Shown here piece by piece: positions 13,941 through 27,185 of a DNA stretch of 64,000 nucleotides. The first letter of the stretch is position 1, and each line of letters opens with the position of its first letter. The DNA is taken from positions 20,398,001-20,462,000 of the forward strand of contig NC_043007.1 in assembly GCF_006345805.1 (NCBI RefSeq). Reading direction: 5' to 3'. The notes under the pieces were generated by a model, which saw only the letters and a program-made list of their open reading frames with translations, was not told where the DNA came from and ran no database searches. Source of the DNA: Octopus sinensis (lineage: Eukaryota). Made by a program: the position numbers and the translations under genes.

Positions 13941-14514
13941 GTGTGTACCATCTTTGACTTTGCCAATTTGCTGTCTTGATCTCTTTCCATCTTGAATAGA
14001 GGCTTGAACTGTAGTTTATGTGTTTATAGTTAAAGCCAACAGCAGACAAGAAATCCACACCAAATCATAAAACTTTAGGTGCAAAAATATGAGAAAATGA
14101 AAACAATGGAGCAGTGAAATGGGAAGAAGTGTTTTGATTTAAAGTTAGTAAAAAGACCCAAATCAGTTGAACTGGTGCATATACAAAAGGGTCAGGGAGC
14201 AGATGAATGCTGGCAAGTATGTTGAAAAAGGAAGGCAGTATAATTCATGCGTGCACAGATAAGGCAGGACTAGAGCCGGGAGGCTGACTGTTCATGAGTT
14301 TTGAAAAATACATTGAGTTTTCCATGCTAGCACAAGTTGCATGGTTCGACCGTGAGTGAAGTGGGTGCTTTTTACGTGCCACCGGCACAGGTGCCAGGGG
14401 AGGCTGGCAGCGGCTATGATCAGTTGGTGCCTCTTACGTGCCACCGGTACAGAAGCCAGTCGAGTCAAAATATATATATTATATATCATATCATATATAT
14501 ATATATAAATGTTA

Positions 14515-14705
14515 TGGATATGTACTTGCATAGCAAGTGACTTGATCTGAGATTGTGTGCTGGAACGAAAACAATTGCAGCACGGAAGGTGTTTATAAGC
14601 CATTTAAGAAACATACAAAACCATTAGATTCACTTCAACATTTAAATTTAATTTGTCAAAATATTTTCGGCGCTTTGAGACCGCGACCTGTTCACTGACA
14701 AAACT
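14515..14705 (-). mobile_element. Penelope-like repeat carrying the variant hammerhead; internally inverted copy at about 51190-51415
   Basis: About 190 bp shared. In the 51 kb copy the first ~80 bp are direct and the remainder is inverted. Confidence 0.55.
14653..14701 (-). ncRNA. Variant hammerhead motif with G3:C8 core (GUGAACA)
   Basis: UUGUCA GUGAACA GGuCGC ggucucaaa GCGCC GAAA AUAU UU UGACAA: 6-bp stem I, stem II closed by G-C, palindromic AAUAUU stem III. Confidence 0.65.
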
Positions 14706-15073
14706 TCTCTGCATCATTTATATATAAATGGATGAATGAATTATCCTTTGTTTACCGTTAACATGGAAAATTCAATAAACAGTTACCAGGGTAGCAAAAT
14801 TCACGCAAGTAACACAGATGAAGTGACCTATTCAAAGGTAGAAACTCCGGGTTTATGTGCAGTAATTTGTATACTCTTTACTTGTTTCAGTCATTTGGCT
14901 GCGGCCATGCTGGAGCACCGCCTTTAGTCGAGCAAATCGACCCCGGGACTTATTCTTTCTAAGCCCAGTACTTATTTTATTGGTCTCTTTTGCTGAACCG
15001 CTAAGTGACAGGGACGTAAACACACCAGCATTGGTTGTCAAGCAATGCTAGGGGTTCAAACACAGACACACAA

Positions 15074-15132
<59 letters not shown>

Positions 15133-15351
15133 TACGACAGGCTTCTTTCAGTTTCCGTCTACCAAATCCACTCACAAGGCATTGGTCGGCCCGGGGCTAT
15201 AGTAGAAGACACTTGCCCAAGATGCCACGCAGTGGGACTGAACCCGGAACCATGTGGTTGGTTAGCAAGATACTTACCACACAGCCACTCCTGCGCCTAT
15301 AGTATAAGTAAAAAAATGGAGTTGAACAAAGATGTTATTAAAATTCTTTTA

Positions 15352-15434
15352 CTTTCGCCATTTGTTTCGAAGACAACATTGGTTTTATTCCAAAGGAATA
15401 AACGGTATAAAATGCAATCTTCTCATCAGGAAAG
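15352..15434 (-). ncRNA. Degenerate hammerhead motif (U16.1 replaced by G)
   Basis: CUUUC CUGAUGA GAAGA...UCUUC GAAA CAAAUG GC GAAAG; lies beside a long (TA)n tract. Confidence 0.55.
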
Positions 15435-15462
15435 AAAGAGAGCTTATCTCAACAACAAGACA

Positions 15463-15519
15463 TTATATATTATATATCATATCATATATATATATAAAAT
15501 ATATATATTATATATCATA

Positions 15520-15613
<94 letters not shown>

Positions 15614-15690
15614 ATATATAAAATATATATATTATATCATATCATATATATATATTATATATAATATCATATATATATATTATATATCAT
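15463..15690. repeat. Compound (TA)n microsatellite
   Basis: Seen directly in the sequence. Confidence 0.95.
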
Positions 15691-16822
15691 CAAAACAACA
15701 TATTCCTATAATCAGAAATAGAAGCTTCTAATGTTTACTTCAACTAAGAAATGTCAGTCCAGCTCTTCAAAGCAGTAATTAACGGCTTTTTTATTGATAG
15801 GAACCAATTTTACACAAAGGTGAATGTTTAAATGTGTAATAATTTAATACATTTTCGTAGCCTACCTAGTTTTATTGATAAGCTGTGAAAAGGTTTTATC
15901 TGAATGTTGTCGATATATCCACCCTGCTAACTGAAAGTAAATCACAAAATAGTTTTACTTTCTGTGATCTAAATTCATAAGTATACAAATAGTTTATGTA
16001 GATAAGGTTCTTTATATGGCCTTATTGTCTACAGTCCAAAATATAGGACTGATGAGAAAATATTGAATAAAGTGACTAGTGATTATCTCCACAAATTTGT
16101 CTCTATTAAAAGATAAACAGGTAGGTTAGTAATCTAGTTTATCTTTGGTTAGGGGTCAGTATTTGGGACTAAATTTTTGGTACTGTTCATGAAGCAGTCA
16201 TGTGGCCAAAAGATCAGAGTTGACGTGACTAATTTCAGTGACGAGTTATGAGCAAAGTTTTTTTTATATTTCTACAGTCAACTAAAGTTCACTGACTGAA
16301 TCTCATAAGAGATTAAATTCCTCTAGGAAATATAATTTCTAAACTACAAGCTGACTACCAAGAATTTCAATACTCTTTATTTATATGTGTATATACAGTG
16401 ATTTCTTACCTAGACTCAAAGCTGTCAATACTTGTATAAGTTTACCAATATCACAAGTATAAAAGGCAAAGTTGATCTTGGTGAGGTTTGAACTTGGAAT
16501 GTACAGAAACACCAAACATTATAGATATTACTCACACACACAAACTCAATCATTCTTCAGAACTTACATTCTCCATTCAAAAGTATTTGTTTAAAAATGA
16601 GAAAATGTCACTGTAAAGAATACTTAAATTTGGATATTTTAAAAATTCGATGCTGGTACCAAAGAAGAGTTTTTATACGATAAAGATATTTGTTTGTTTG
16701 TTTATTTGTGGACCCCTGAAAAGAGTGTGAAATTTTAAGAATATAAAGTAAAATTAAATAATTTCATTGAAATATTGAGAACAGTTTTTTATTTTAGATT
16801 GGAAAAAAAAAAGGATTTAACA

Positions 16823-17981
16823 ATGTTTCGAAGGCATTTCTTAAACTTGTACAACCGTCTGTCTGTGATGACATCAGCTACAGTGAAATCTTCCCTTCAC
16901 AATGGATCTTTTAGTTTCCCAGAAGATATAGCCTTTCCTATGTATTTGTTGAGTAAAACTTCAGATTTTGAACACCAGACAGCATTGGTAAGTAATTCAT
17001 AATGCATCTGTTATAAGTTATTTATATTGTAATTTGTGAAAAACAGTGGTGCTGGTTACAGGTTTCTGACAGGCCAAACTCTGGTTCTCTAGATTTCTAA
17101 AGTGCAACAGTGACAAAGGATTAACTTAGCTGATGCACAAAAAATATTTCAAGGGACAAAATTTGAACTACTTTTTATTATTATTATTATTATTATTTTT
17201 ATTTTCTCGCTGTGTGGTAAGTAGCTTGCTTACCAACCATATGGTTCTGGGTTCAGTCCCACTGCGTGGCACCTTGGGCAAGTGCCTTCAACTATAGCCT
17301 CGGGCCGACCAAAGCCTTGTGAGTGGATTTGGTAGACGGAAAACTGAAAGAAGCCTGTCGTATATATGTACATATATGTATGTGTGTTTGTCCCCCCAGC
17401 ATTGCTTGACAACCGATGCTGGTGAGTTTACATTCCCGTAACTTAGCAGTTTGGCAAAAGAGACCGAACTGGGGTCAATATAATCGACTTAATCTGTTTG
17501 TCTGTCCTTGTTTGTCCTCTCTGTGGACTCTCCTACCTTTCACAAGAGACGACACAAGTGGTAGTTTCCCATCTATTTGCATTTTGGTTGGATGACGCTT
17601 CCACAAGAGATTTTGAGCTCTCATAAGGAGGCGAGTGTAGGTTCCATCCAACCGCCTCTCAAGCTTGTTATTCTTTGTAAGCCTAGTACTTATTTTATCG
17701 GTCTCTTTTCCCGAACCGCTAAGTTACGGGGAAGTAAACACACCAGCATCGGTTGTCAAGCGATGTTGGGGGGACAAACATTGACACACAAACTCACACA
17801 CACACACACATACATACATATATATATATATATATATGATCATCATCATCATTGTTTAACGTCCACTGTCCATGCTAGCATGGGTTGGACTACTGAAACT
17901 GAAAGAAGCCTGTCATATATATGTATATATATAGATGTATATATACATGCATATATATATATGTATATATATATATATATG

Positions 17982-18034
<53 letters not shown>

Positions 18035-21000
18035 ATATATATATATATACATATATACGTAGGGCTTCTTTCAGTTTCCGTCTACCAAATCCACTCCCAA
18101 GGCTTTGATTGGCTCGAGGCTATAAGTAGAAGTGGGACTGAACCCGGAACCATGTGGTTGGGATGCAAGCTACTTACCACACAGCCACTCCTATGCCTAT
18201 TTGTTTACAAAATATAAGATAAAATAAAAAATTGTCGGTTCCGGTATAGATCAATATTACTAAGAAATATTACTGCCGGTATGCCAAATCAGACAGTTTG
18301 AGAAGCACTGGTCTGAGGGTCCATAAGTCAAGAAAAAATGCTCTCGTAGGATCTAAAGTACATTAAAAAAATGTGCCGTGACATTTACCAAAGTTTTTAA
18401 CTCATTTGCTTTATATTGCATGAAATATTTCATTAGTTATAATATATGTAATTTTTATCCTATATTCTCTACACTCTCTGAGTGGTTGGCATTAGGAAGG
18501 GCATCCAGCTGTAGAAACTCTGCCAGATCAAGACTGGAGCCTGGTGCAGCCATCTGGTTCGCCAGCCCTCAGTCATTCGTCCAACCCATGCTAGCATGGA
18601 AAGCGGACGTTAAACGATGATGATGATGATGATTCATAAATTTCATGTTTCAATGACAATGTCGTTATGTATGAAATTTACAACTACAGGGTAATTTCCT
18701 TTTTAACATTGGAAATTTTGAAAACTTTATTGAATGTGTTAAGGAACAATATCCATTGTAAATATTTTTGATAATATTTTTTTATATGATTTTTGAAATA
18801 TATCATATAATTGTGGGATAATTAGAATATTATTTTTAATTTGTTTAAATTTTCATTTTTTTAAAAACTTGTGTACCATTCTCTACATAAAAATTTAAAA
18901 GTTACTAACTTTTACAATATTTACATTCAACGATATTTGTTAAATATCCGTGGAATGTAAATAATGTAAATAATGTAAATAATTCCTAATCTCTTAAATA
19001 TAGAACTGTATTAATAACTTTTTTTTATCTCACTACTAATTTAGTTAATTTGTAATTTTATACATATTTTTAATTTTATTTTTTAATTTTTAATTTTGTG
19101 AAAATAATTTACAACATCAAAATAGGTCTTTACCCAGCTACTGACATAAGGTAACTAAAGGGATAAAAATAAAATTGTTGAAAAGGTACCAATTTTGAAA
19201 AATGTGTTGGTGGGGAAGCAGTTGCCCTCCTTGCTTCCTTGTTAGCTACATCACTGAATGTATATTGTGGTTTTGATTCCCAGACCAGCGGCTCATTGCA
19301 TTCTTGAGCAAAACAATTTCACATTGCTTCAGCCCACTCAGTTGCAAAGGAGTAACCCTACAAGGGATTGGCATCCTGTCCAGGAGGAATGTTCTCTTGC
19401 CTACCTAGCCAGCAGGATGGCATCATTCGAGGGCTACAACAATGCATAGAAGTACATTGTGCCCAATAGTATATATATAAATATATATATATATACTCTT
19501 TTACTCTTCACTCTTTTACTTGTTTCAGTCCTTTGACTGCAGCCATGCTGGAGCACCGCCTTTAGTCAAGCAAATCGACCCCAGGACTTATTCTTTGTAA
19601 GCCCAGTACTTGTTCTATCGGTCTCTTTTGCCGAACCGCTAAGTGACGGCGACGTAAACACACCAGCATCGGTTGTCAAGCAATGCTAGGGGGACAAACA
19701 CAGACACACAAACACGCACACACACACACATATATATATATACATATATACAACGGGCTTCTTTCAGTTTCTGTCTACCAAATCCACTCACAAGGCTTTG
19801 GTCGGCCCGAGGCTATAGTAGAAGACACTTGCCCAAGGTGCCACGCAGTGGGACTGAACCCAGAACCATGTGGTTGGTAAGCAAGCTATTTACCACACCT
19901 ATATATCTATATATATATATATGTATAGGTGTAGGAGTGGCTTTGTGGTAGACAGAAACTGGAAGAAGCCCAGAAATTTTTTTTTTCAATCCCAGGGAGA
20001 AAATATAAATATTTCTCAGAATATGAACTCAGGTCCATAAACATACTGAACTTAGAATGTAATTATCATCACTTTAACTGACCTTCGTCTCATTATATCA
20101 TCACTTGGGCCTGCTTTTAAATAAACTATGTCCTCAAAAGTTTGTGAACTCTGATCATTTTTAAATTACTGAGTGAAATACATAGAGAAAGAGGGGAGAG
20201 GGATGGCGGTGGGGGAAGAGAAAAGAATTTATGATTTATTTTACATTTAGTAGGACTCTGTGTGTGTGTTCATGTTTTATGATAAACTAGCAGTATCACC
20301 CGGCCTTGCTTGGGTTTGTTTCGACCCTTTAGAATTGGAATTTTTGAAAAGTAAAAATTTTGCATTATGTAGCTTGTTATTTTCTTTAACCCTTTTGATA
20401 CCAACCCGGCTGAAACCGCCTCTGGCTCTGAGTACAAATGTCTTATTTTCATAAGTTCTGAATTAAATCTTCCACCAAACCTTAGTCACAATTTATGTTC
20501 CTAACACTAGCTTAATGATAACTAAGTTATTTTACTAAATTCTTTGTTATATTTAAAATAAATTGAATGAAACACAGAGCATCTCAAAATAAATACAGTA
20601 ACGAAAGGGTTAAGTGAACATTTTTCTGGTTGAAATACACCGAAAAATGGCGACACAGCAGTCAAAAAATCATAAAAAATAGGGATTTTCATAGAAAAAA
20701 AGCACCTTTTTGATGTAAATAATTTTTGGTGTTAACATGGTCTGATTTGAATTTTTTCTACTACGGAAGGAAGAGCAAGCCTTCTTCTATCATACTCTTA
20801 ATTTTGGTCAACTTGCGCCGCAGGGTCTCGAAGGAGATAGTGTTAGTTGAAGGCACATTTAGTAATTTACTAAAACAACTCTAATCTAGCAAAAGCCAAA
20901 TATATTTCAATAAAAAAAGAATTTGGCACATGTTCTTGATAATTCCTGCCTGAGATTTTCAATTCTATTTGAATATTGTGTACAAAAAATCTTGCAACAT

Positions 21001-21342
21001 TTACAAATTTGGAAATTTCTTAACCACTGTGCTCCACACACATGGCAAAAATGACTGCATGTCTTTCCACTTCTTGTGTTAGCATTTTTTCTTCCATGGG
21101 AGATCTGAAAGAAATAAAACCCATTTAATTACTCTCTTTTACTCTTTTACTTGTTTCAGTCATTTGACTGCTGGCATGCTGGAGCACCACCTTTAATCGA
21201 GCAACTCGACCCCAGGACTTACTCTTTGTAAGCCCAGTACTTATTCTATCGGTCTCTTTTGCTGAACTGCTAAGTGACGGGGACATAAACACACCAGCAT
21301 CAATTGTCAAGCAATGCTAGGGGGACAAACACAGACACACAA

Positions 21343-21375
<33 letters not shown>

Positions 21376-24300
21376 CATATATACGACGGGCTTCTTTCAG
21401 TTTCCGTCTACCAAATCCACTCACAAGGCTTTGGTCGGCCCAAGTCTATAGTAGAAGACACTTGCCCAAGGTGCCACGCAGTGGGACTGAACCCGGAACC
21501 ATGTGGTTGGTAAGCAAGCTACTTACCACACAGCCACTCCAAAGAGAGTTATATCTGGTTAATAAAGTGTCTTCAAATACTCCTGGCTCCTTGTATTCCA
21601 TAATTATGAATAACTATTGATTGTAGAATGAAAAAAACTGCATTTTGAATATTTCTTCTGGAATTGCATGCATTAAAAAACTTTCCTTTCTTTTTTATGA
21701 AGATAAATGGTGAAACTGGCCAGAGATTCAGTTATGAAAGCCTTCAAAAAGATTCCATTAAAGTTTCCAATTCCTTTTTCCGTCTTGGTTTGCGAAAAGG
21801 AGATGTTGTTTGTTTGTATGGCTCGAACACACCTGAAATGCTTCATATTCTTTGTGGAGTCACAGCCATTGGTGGCATTATCAGTCCAGCGATGGCACAG
21901 ATGTCTGTTGGTAAGAACTGATTTGTAATATAACACTACAACATTATACATGCATTTTGATTTTTTCCATTACATACATGCATTTTACTTGGTCTGAAAT
22001 CTTGACTTTGAACAGCTTGACTTGCATTTTTTATTTGGTTTCATGATTTTTTTAAATATAATTTTGTTGTCACATATATATTGGGTTGTCACGAAAGTTT
22101 GTGCCGATTTTTAAAGGAAATAAAAGGGTCAATAAATACTTGCCATTACATTTTTTAATCAACCAAATATGAATGATTTTGTTGCACAATGCGTCTCCAT
22201 CTTTCCTTTAACTTGAAAATACCCTCTTCTCAGAATTGAGGTGGTTTCATGGCAAAGAATTCATCAAGGTATCTTTTTACGTCATCCAAGGAATTGAAAT
22301 TTTTACCATTAAGACTAATCTGCAGAGACCTGAATAAGTGGAAATCCGAAGGAGCAATATCTGGTGAATATGGAGGATGGGGTAACACATCCCAGCCGAG
22401 CTGCAGCAATTTTTGTCTGGTTCCCAAAGCATCAAGTGCCGAAAATGAACTTTATCTTCCATTTTAAAGGGTTACAAAATTAACACAGGTGATAGGAACA
22501 TAAACCTTCTTCCACGAAAAGATAGCTTAAACTGTGCTCTAAATGGAAGTGTAGTCAAATCCTATTTTATGGACTCAACCATGTTCTAAAATAAGTCGAA
22601 AGGTAAGCTGCTATAAATCAGCACAAACTTTCCAGACAACCCAATATTTTGCAAGCATGTACTCAGAAATTATCAAATATGTTCGTCTCCACTGGACTTT
22701 TCTCTAACTCATTTTTTTGCAGCTTTGTCTTTGCAATAGTCAAGTAACAAGAAGAAATATGCTGATTTATTTCTGCCAATCATCATCAGATATAAATTTT
22801 AAAATTCCTGTGCCGATGGCCTCCCCTGGCACGTAAAAAGCACCATCCATACGTAGCCGATGCCTGGTTTCTGTGCCGGTGGCACATAAAAAGCACCAAC
22901 CGATCGTGGCCATTGCCTGCCTCCCCTGGCACCTGTGCCGGTGGCATGTGTAAAAAGATTCGAGTGAGGTCGTTGCCAGTACTGCCTGACTGGCCCTCAT
23001 GCCGGTGGCATGTAAAAGCACCCACTACACTCTCGGAGTGGTTGGCGTTAGGAAGGGCATACAGCTGTAGAAACTCTGCCAGAATAAGATTGGAGCCTGG
23101 TTCAGCCATCCGGTTCGCCAGTCCTCAGTCAAATCGTCCAACCCATGCTAGCATGGAAAGTGGACGTTAAATGATGATGATGGTGATGATGGTTCTCATA
23201 TAGGGCGGTGAGCTGGCAGAATCGTTAGCACGCTGGTCGAAATGCTTAGCGGTATTTCATCTGCCGTTACGTTCTGAGTTCAAATTCTGCCGAGGTCGAC
23301 TTTGCCTTTCATCCTTTCGGGGTCGATTAAATAAGTACCAGTTATGCACTGGGGTCGATAAAATCGACTTAATCCGCTTGTCTGTCCTGTGTTTAGCCCC
23401 TTGTGGGTAGTAAAGAAATAGGTTCTCATTCCACTGTTGGTAATGACTGATGTATACCATCATATGTCTTTTAGTTTACCATTGCAAATTTTCTTTTTCA
23501 TCTCTGTTAATTATGGTTATACTGATTTTGTTTGTAGGAGAACTCGTGTCCCAGTTAAGAGATTCCCAGTCTAAATTTATTGTAACCACCCCAGAATGTG
23601 TTATTCGGGCTAAAGAAGCAGCCAAAAGAGCCAATGGTATTCAGGTATTTGTTATTGTAAATTTGTTACATTTTCACTACTCTGTTGTTTGTTTACTCAG
23701 GGTAAAACCAAAATTTGAAAAATAAATCTTTCACTGGAGAGCAAATATTTAAGAAAAAGTGGAAGTGGATTGGTAGCACGATTAGAAAAGACACACCAAA
23801 TATAGCAAAAAGTGCTTTAAAGTGGAAACCGGTTGGATATAGAAAGAAAGGTAGGCCTAAGAACTTGTGGCATAGATCAACACAAAAGGAACTAGAGAAA
23901 GGGGGACATTTAGTGTTTTTAAGTTACTGGATTGTAACTATGTTGGGGCACTGCCTTCAAAATCAGAATTTGTACAATAAATCTTTCTCTGGAATTATTA
24001 AATAGTTTTTATTGGTTTCAAGTCATTGGACTGTGACCATGCTGGGGCACTGCCTTCAGAATCAAAATTGGAAAAGAAATTTTCCCTGGAAAAATCTGTT
24101 ATTTCGTTTTTGAGAACTCATGTAAAGTTTATATGAAATAAAGAACAACATTAAAAAAATTATTGAGAAATCTCTTTAGATGCAATAGGTTTGCTTCAGT
24201 GTACCCCTTCTGAGAGATTGTTTGCATAACAAATCACATCACAGACTAAATAGGTTACTGAGAGAGAGAGAGGGGTGAGAAAGGGAGTGAGATGACAAGA

Positions 24301-25562
24301 GAAACATTAAACTTTCTGATGTCAAATAAATTGTCATTGTCATCATCATCATCATTTAATATCTGTTTTCCATGCTGGTATGGGTTGGACAGTTTGGCAG
24401 GAGCTGGCAAGCCCAGGAACAACATCAGGTTTCATTGTCTGTTTTGGCACGATTTCTACAGCTGGATGCACTTCCTAATATTTGCCATTTTAAAGACTGT
24501 ACTGGGGCATTTTACATGGCACCAGCACCAGTGCTTTTCATGTGGCACCATCAGTAAAATTTTTATTTTTCTAAAATTTTCGTTGTGTCTTGCAACCTTT
24601 CCAATAGTTTTGACTCTATTGAAAAGAGTCAAAACTATTGAAAAGGTTGCAAGATGCAACGAAAATTTTAGGAAAATAAAAATAAGAAAAAGAAAATGGA
24701 AATTTTACCTGTGAGTGTGTTATATTATAAGGCACAAGAAGAAAATGACTCTCCCCAGACACAACAAAATACTCATTAAGTATTATTGCTTTAATCCTTT
24801 AGCATTTGGATTTCTCTCTCAAACATTATGCTTGTTTATTTACACTGTTTTAAACTAAGCATGCTTTATTCTGTACAAAAGTGTGATTGTTTATTTTTAG
24901 AATGACATTGTATGGTAGGTGTAAGAGGCTAGATCTGGTTAGTTTGAACCTAAAATGGGTAGAACGTTGGGGCCAGACATGCTGGATTAAGTGTTAAGGG
25001 GTTACATTTTCTTCTTGAAATTTTCAAGATGTCTTTATTTTCGTTCTCATCTTGCAGGAAACCATAGTATTAGGACAGGCTGAAGGTTGCCGACCATTTT
25101 CTGATCTACTCAGATCAGCAAGTTTTACTTATCCGGATGTACACATTAATCCTCGGAAAGACACAGCTCTTTTGCCATACTCAGCAGGATTATCAGGAAA
25201 ACCTAAAGGTGTAATGCTGACACATCAAAATTTAATTTCTGCCATTGAGGCACTGAGGTACGATCATAATTTATCTTCTCTTTTTATTTTTATATTTTGT
25301 TTTAGTTATTGGACTGTGGCCATGCTGGAGCAACGCCTTGAAGGGTTTTAGTCAAACAAATCAACCCCCCCGGTACTTATTCTTAAAGTCTGGTAACTTA
25401 CTTCTATCAGCATCTTTTACCAAATTTCTAGCTTACAGGAACATAAATAAACCAACACTGGTTGTCAAGCAGTGGCAGTGAGGAACAAACACAAATACAA
25501 AACCACACACACATACACGTGTGCACACACACACATGCACGCATACACACACACTTACACAT

Positions 25563-25612
<50 letters not shown>

Positions 25613-27142
25613 GTCTTAACACAGTTTCTTATTTCTTTACTCCCCACATGGGGCTACATACAGAGGGGACAAACAAGTACAGACAAATGGAGTAAGTCGA
25701 TTATATCGACCCCAGTGCGTAACTGGTACTTATTTAATCGACCCCAAATGGATGAAAGGCAAAGTCGACCTCGGCGGAATTTGAACTCAGAACGTAGAGA
25801 CAGACGAAATACCGCTAAGCATTTCGCCCGGTGTGCTAACGGCTCTGCCGGCTCGCCGCCTTTGATTGACACAGTTTCTGTCAATCAAGTTTCTGTGAAT
25901 TTGATTGACACAGTTTCTGTCAATCAAGTTTCTGTGAATTTGATTGACACAGTTTCTGAGATGAAAAACAGGCCTTTCATGATACCCTCATAGCCAAGAA
26001 CCCTTTAGCACTCCCTTGTATATACATACATGATAGACTTCTTTCAGTTTCTATCTACTAAATTCACTTGCATGGCTTTGGTTAGCCCAGGGCTGTAATA
26101 GAAGACACTTCTTCAAAATACCGTACAGTTGAATTAAACCGCTCAGTTGGGAAGCAGGCTTCTTAACCACTTAACCATTCCTTCACCTGTATAAATTAAA
26201 ATCTACCTTTATATTTTTATGTAAGGACCTTTTTGTTAATTTATTGTAAACACCAGCTCTGTAGTAATAAAACTAACTGAAACATATAACAGTTGTTTTC
26301 AATTAGAAATATTATCATGGAAGGATTAATAAGTTCTCATATTAGTAACTCTAATCCTTAGCATTTAAATCAGCCATATCCTTTCAAAATATTCTACCTG
26401 TTTTATGTGCAAACTGGTCAGATCTGGTCTTTCACACCAACCCTACAATATCATTTTAAAAATTAAGTTACCTCAGCAAAATCTTAAAGCTATAAAATAA
26501 TACATGATTCGTTCAAAACAATGTGAAAAAATAAGTATCACCGGAAATCCTCGAATATAGTCCGCCCTTGAGTATAATATGCAGGGAATTTTTAGGGGCT
26601 GTACCTCTGAAAAACCTAAACCTAATGTATAATATGCATCCCTTCTCTAACTTGAGTCAAGCAGGTCTATATAACGTCCTTGGTTTGTAAAAATGTATAC
26701 AGTAACGTCCTTTATTATTATTGTATATATTAATAATGCAAACGTGTAGCTTTTTTGTGCATTTTGTTTGCAGAAAATAAAGAAATAACAGTAATAACGT
26801 TTAATAAATGTTGCTTACTGCAAGTTATGGATGATTCTTTTATGATTTCATTGCTTTCAGGCTTAGCTTAAGGTAGTTTCGCGCTCGACATCACAACATG
26901 CATCTGAAGCATGGAACAAACTGCCGGCATCAGTTGTTAGTTGTCGGAGCACTGCATCCTTCAAGGCTTCCAGGCTTCCTGAGATTCGCCAACACTACAC
27001 CTGATTTTCTCCCCTCCATACACATGCAAGCATGTATCTGACTCATACACTGTTCATTTCCCAGGCATTTGTACATTACCGCATATGCTTTATACGCACT
27101 TCTGACAGGTTGTGGTGCACCTGAGCACTGTATACATTAATT

Positions 27143-27185
<43 letters not shown>

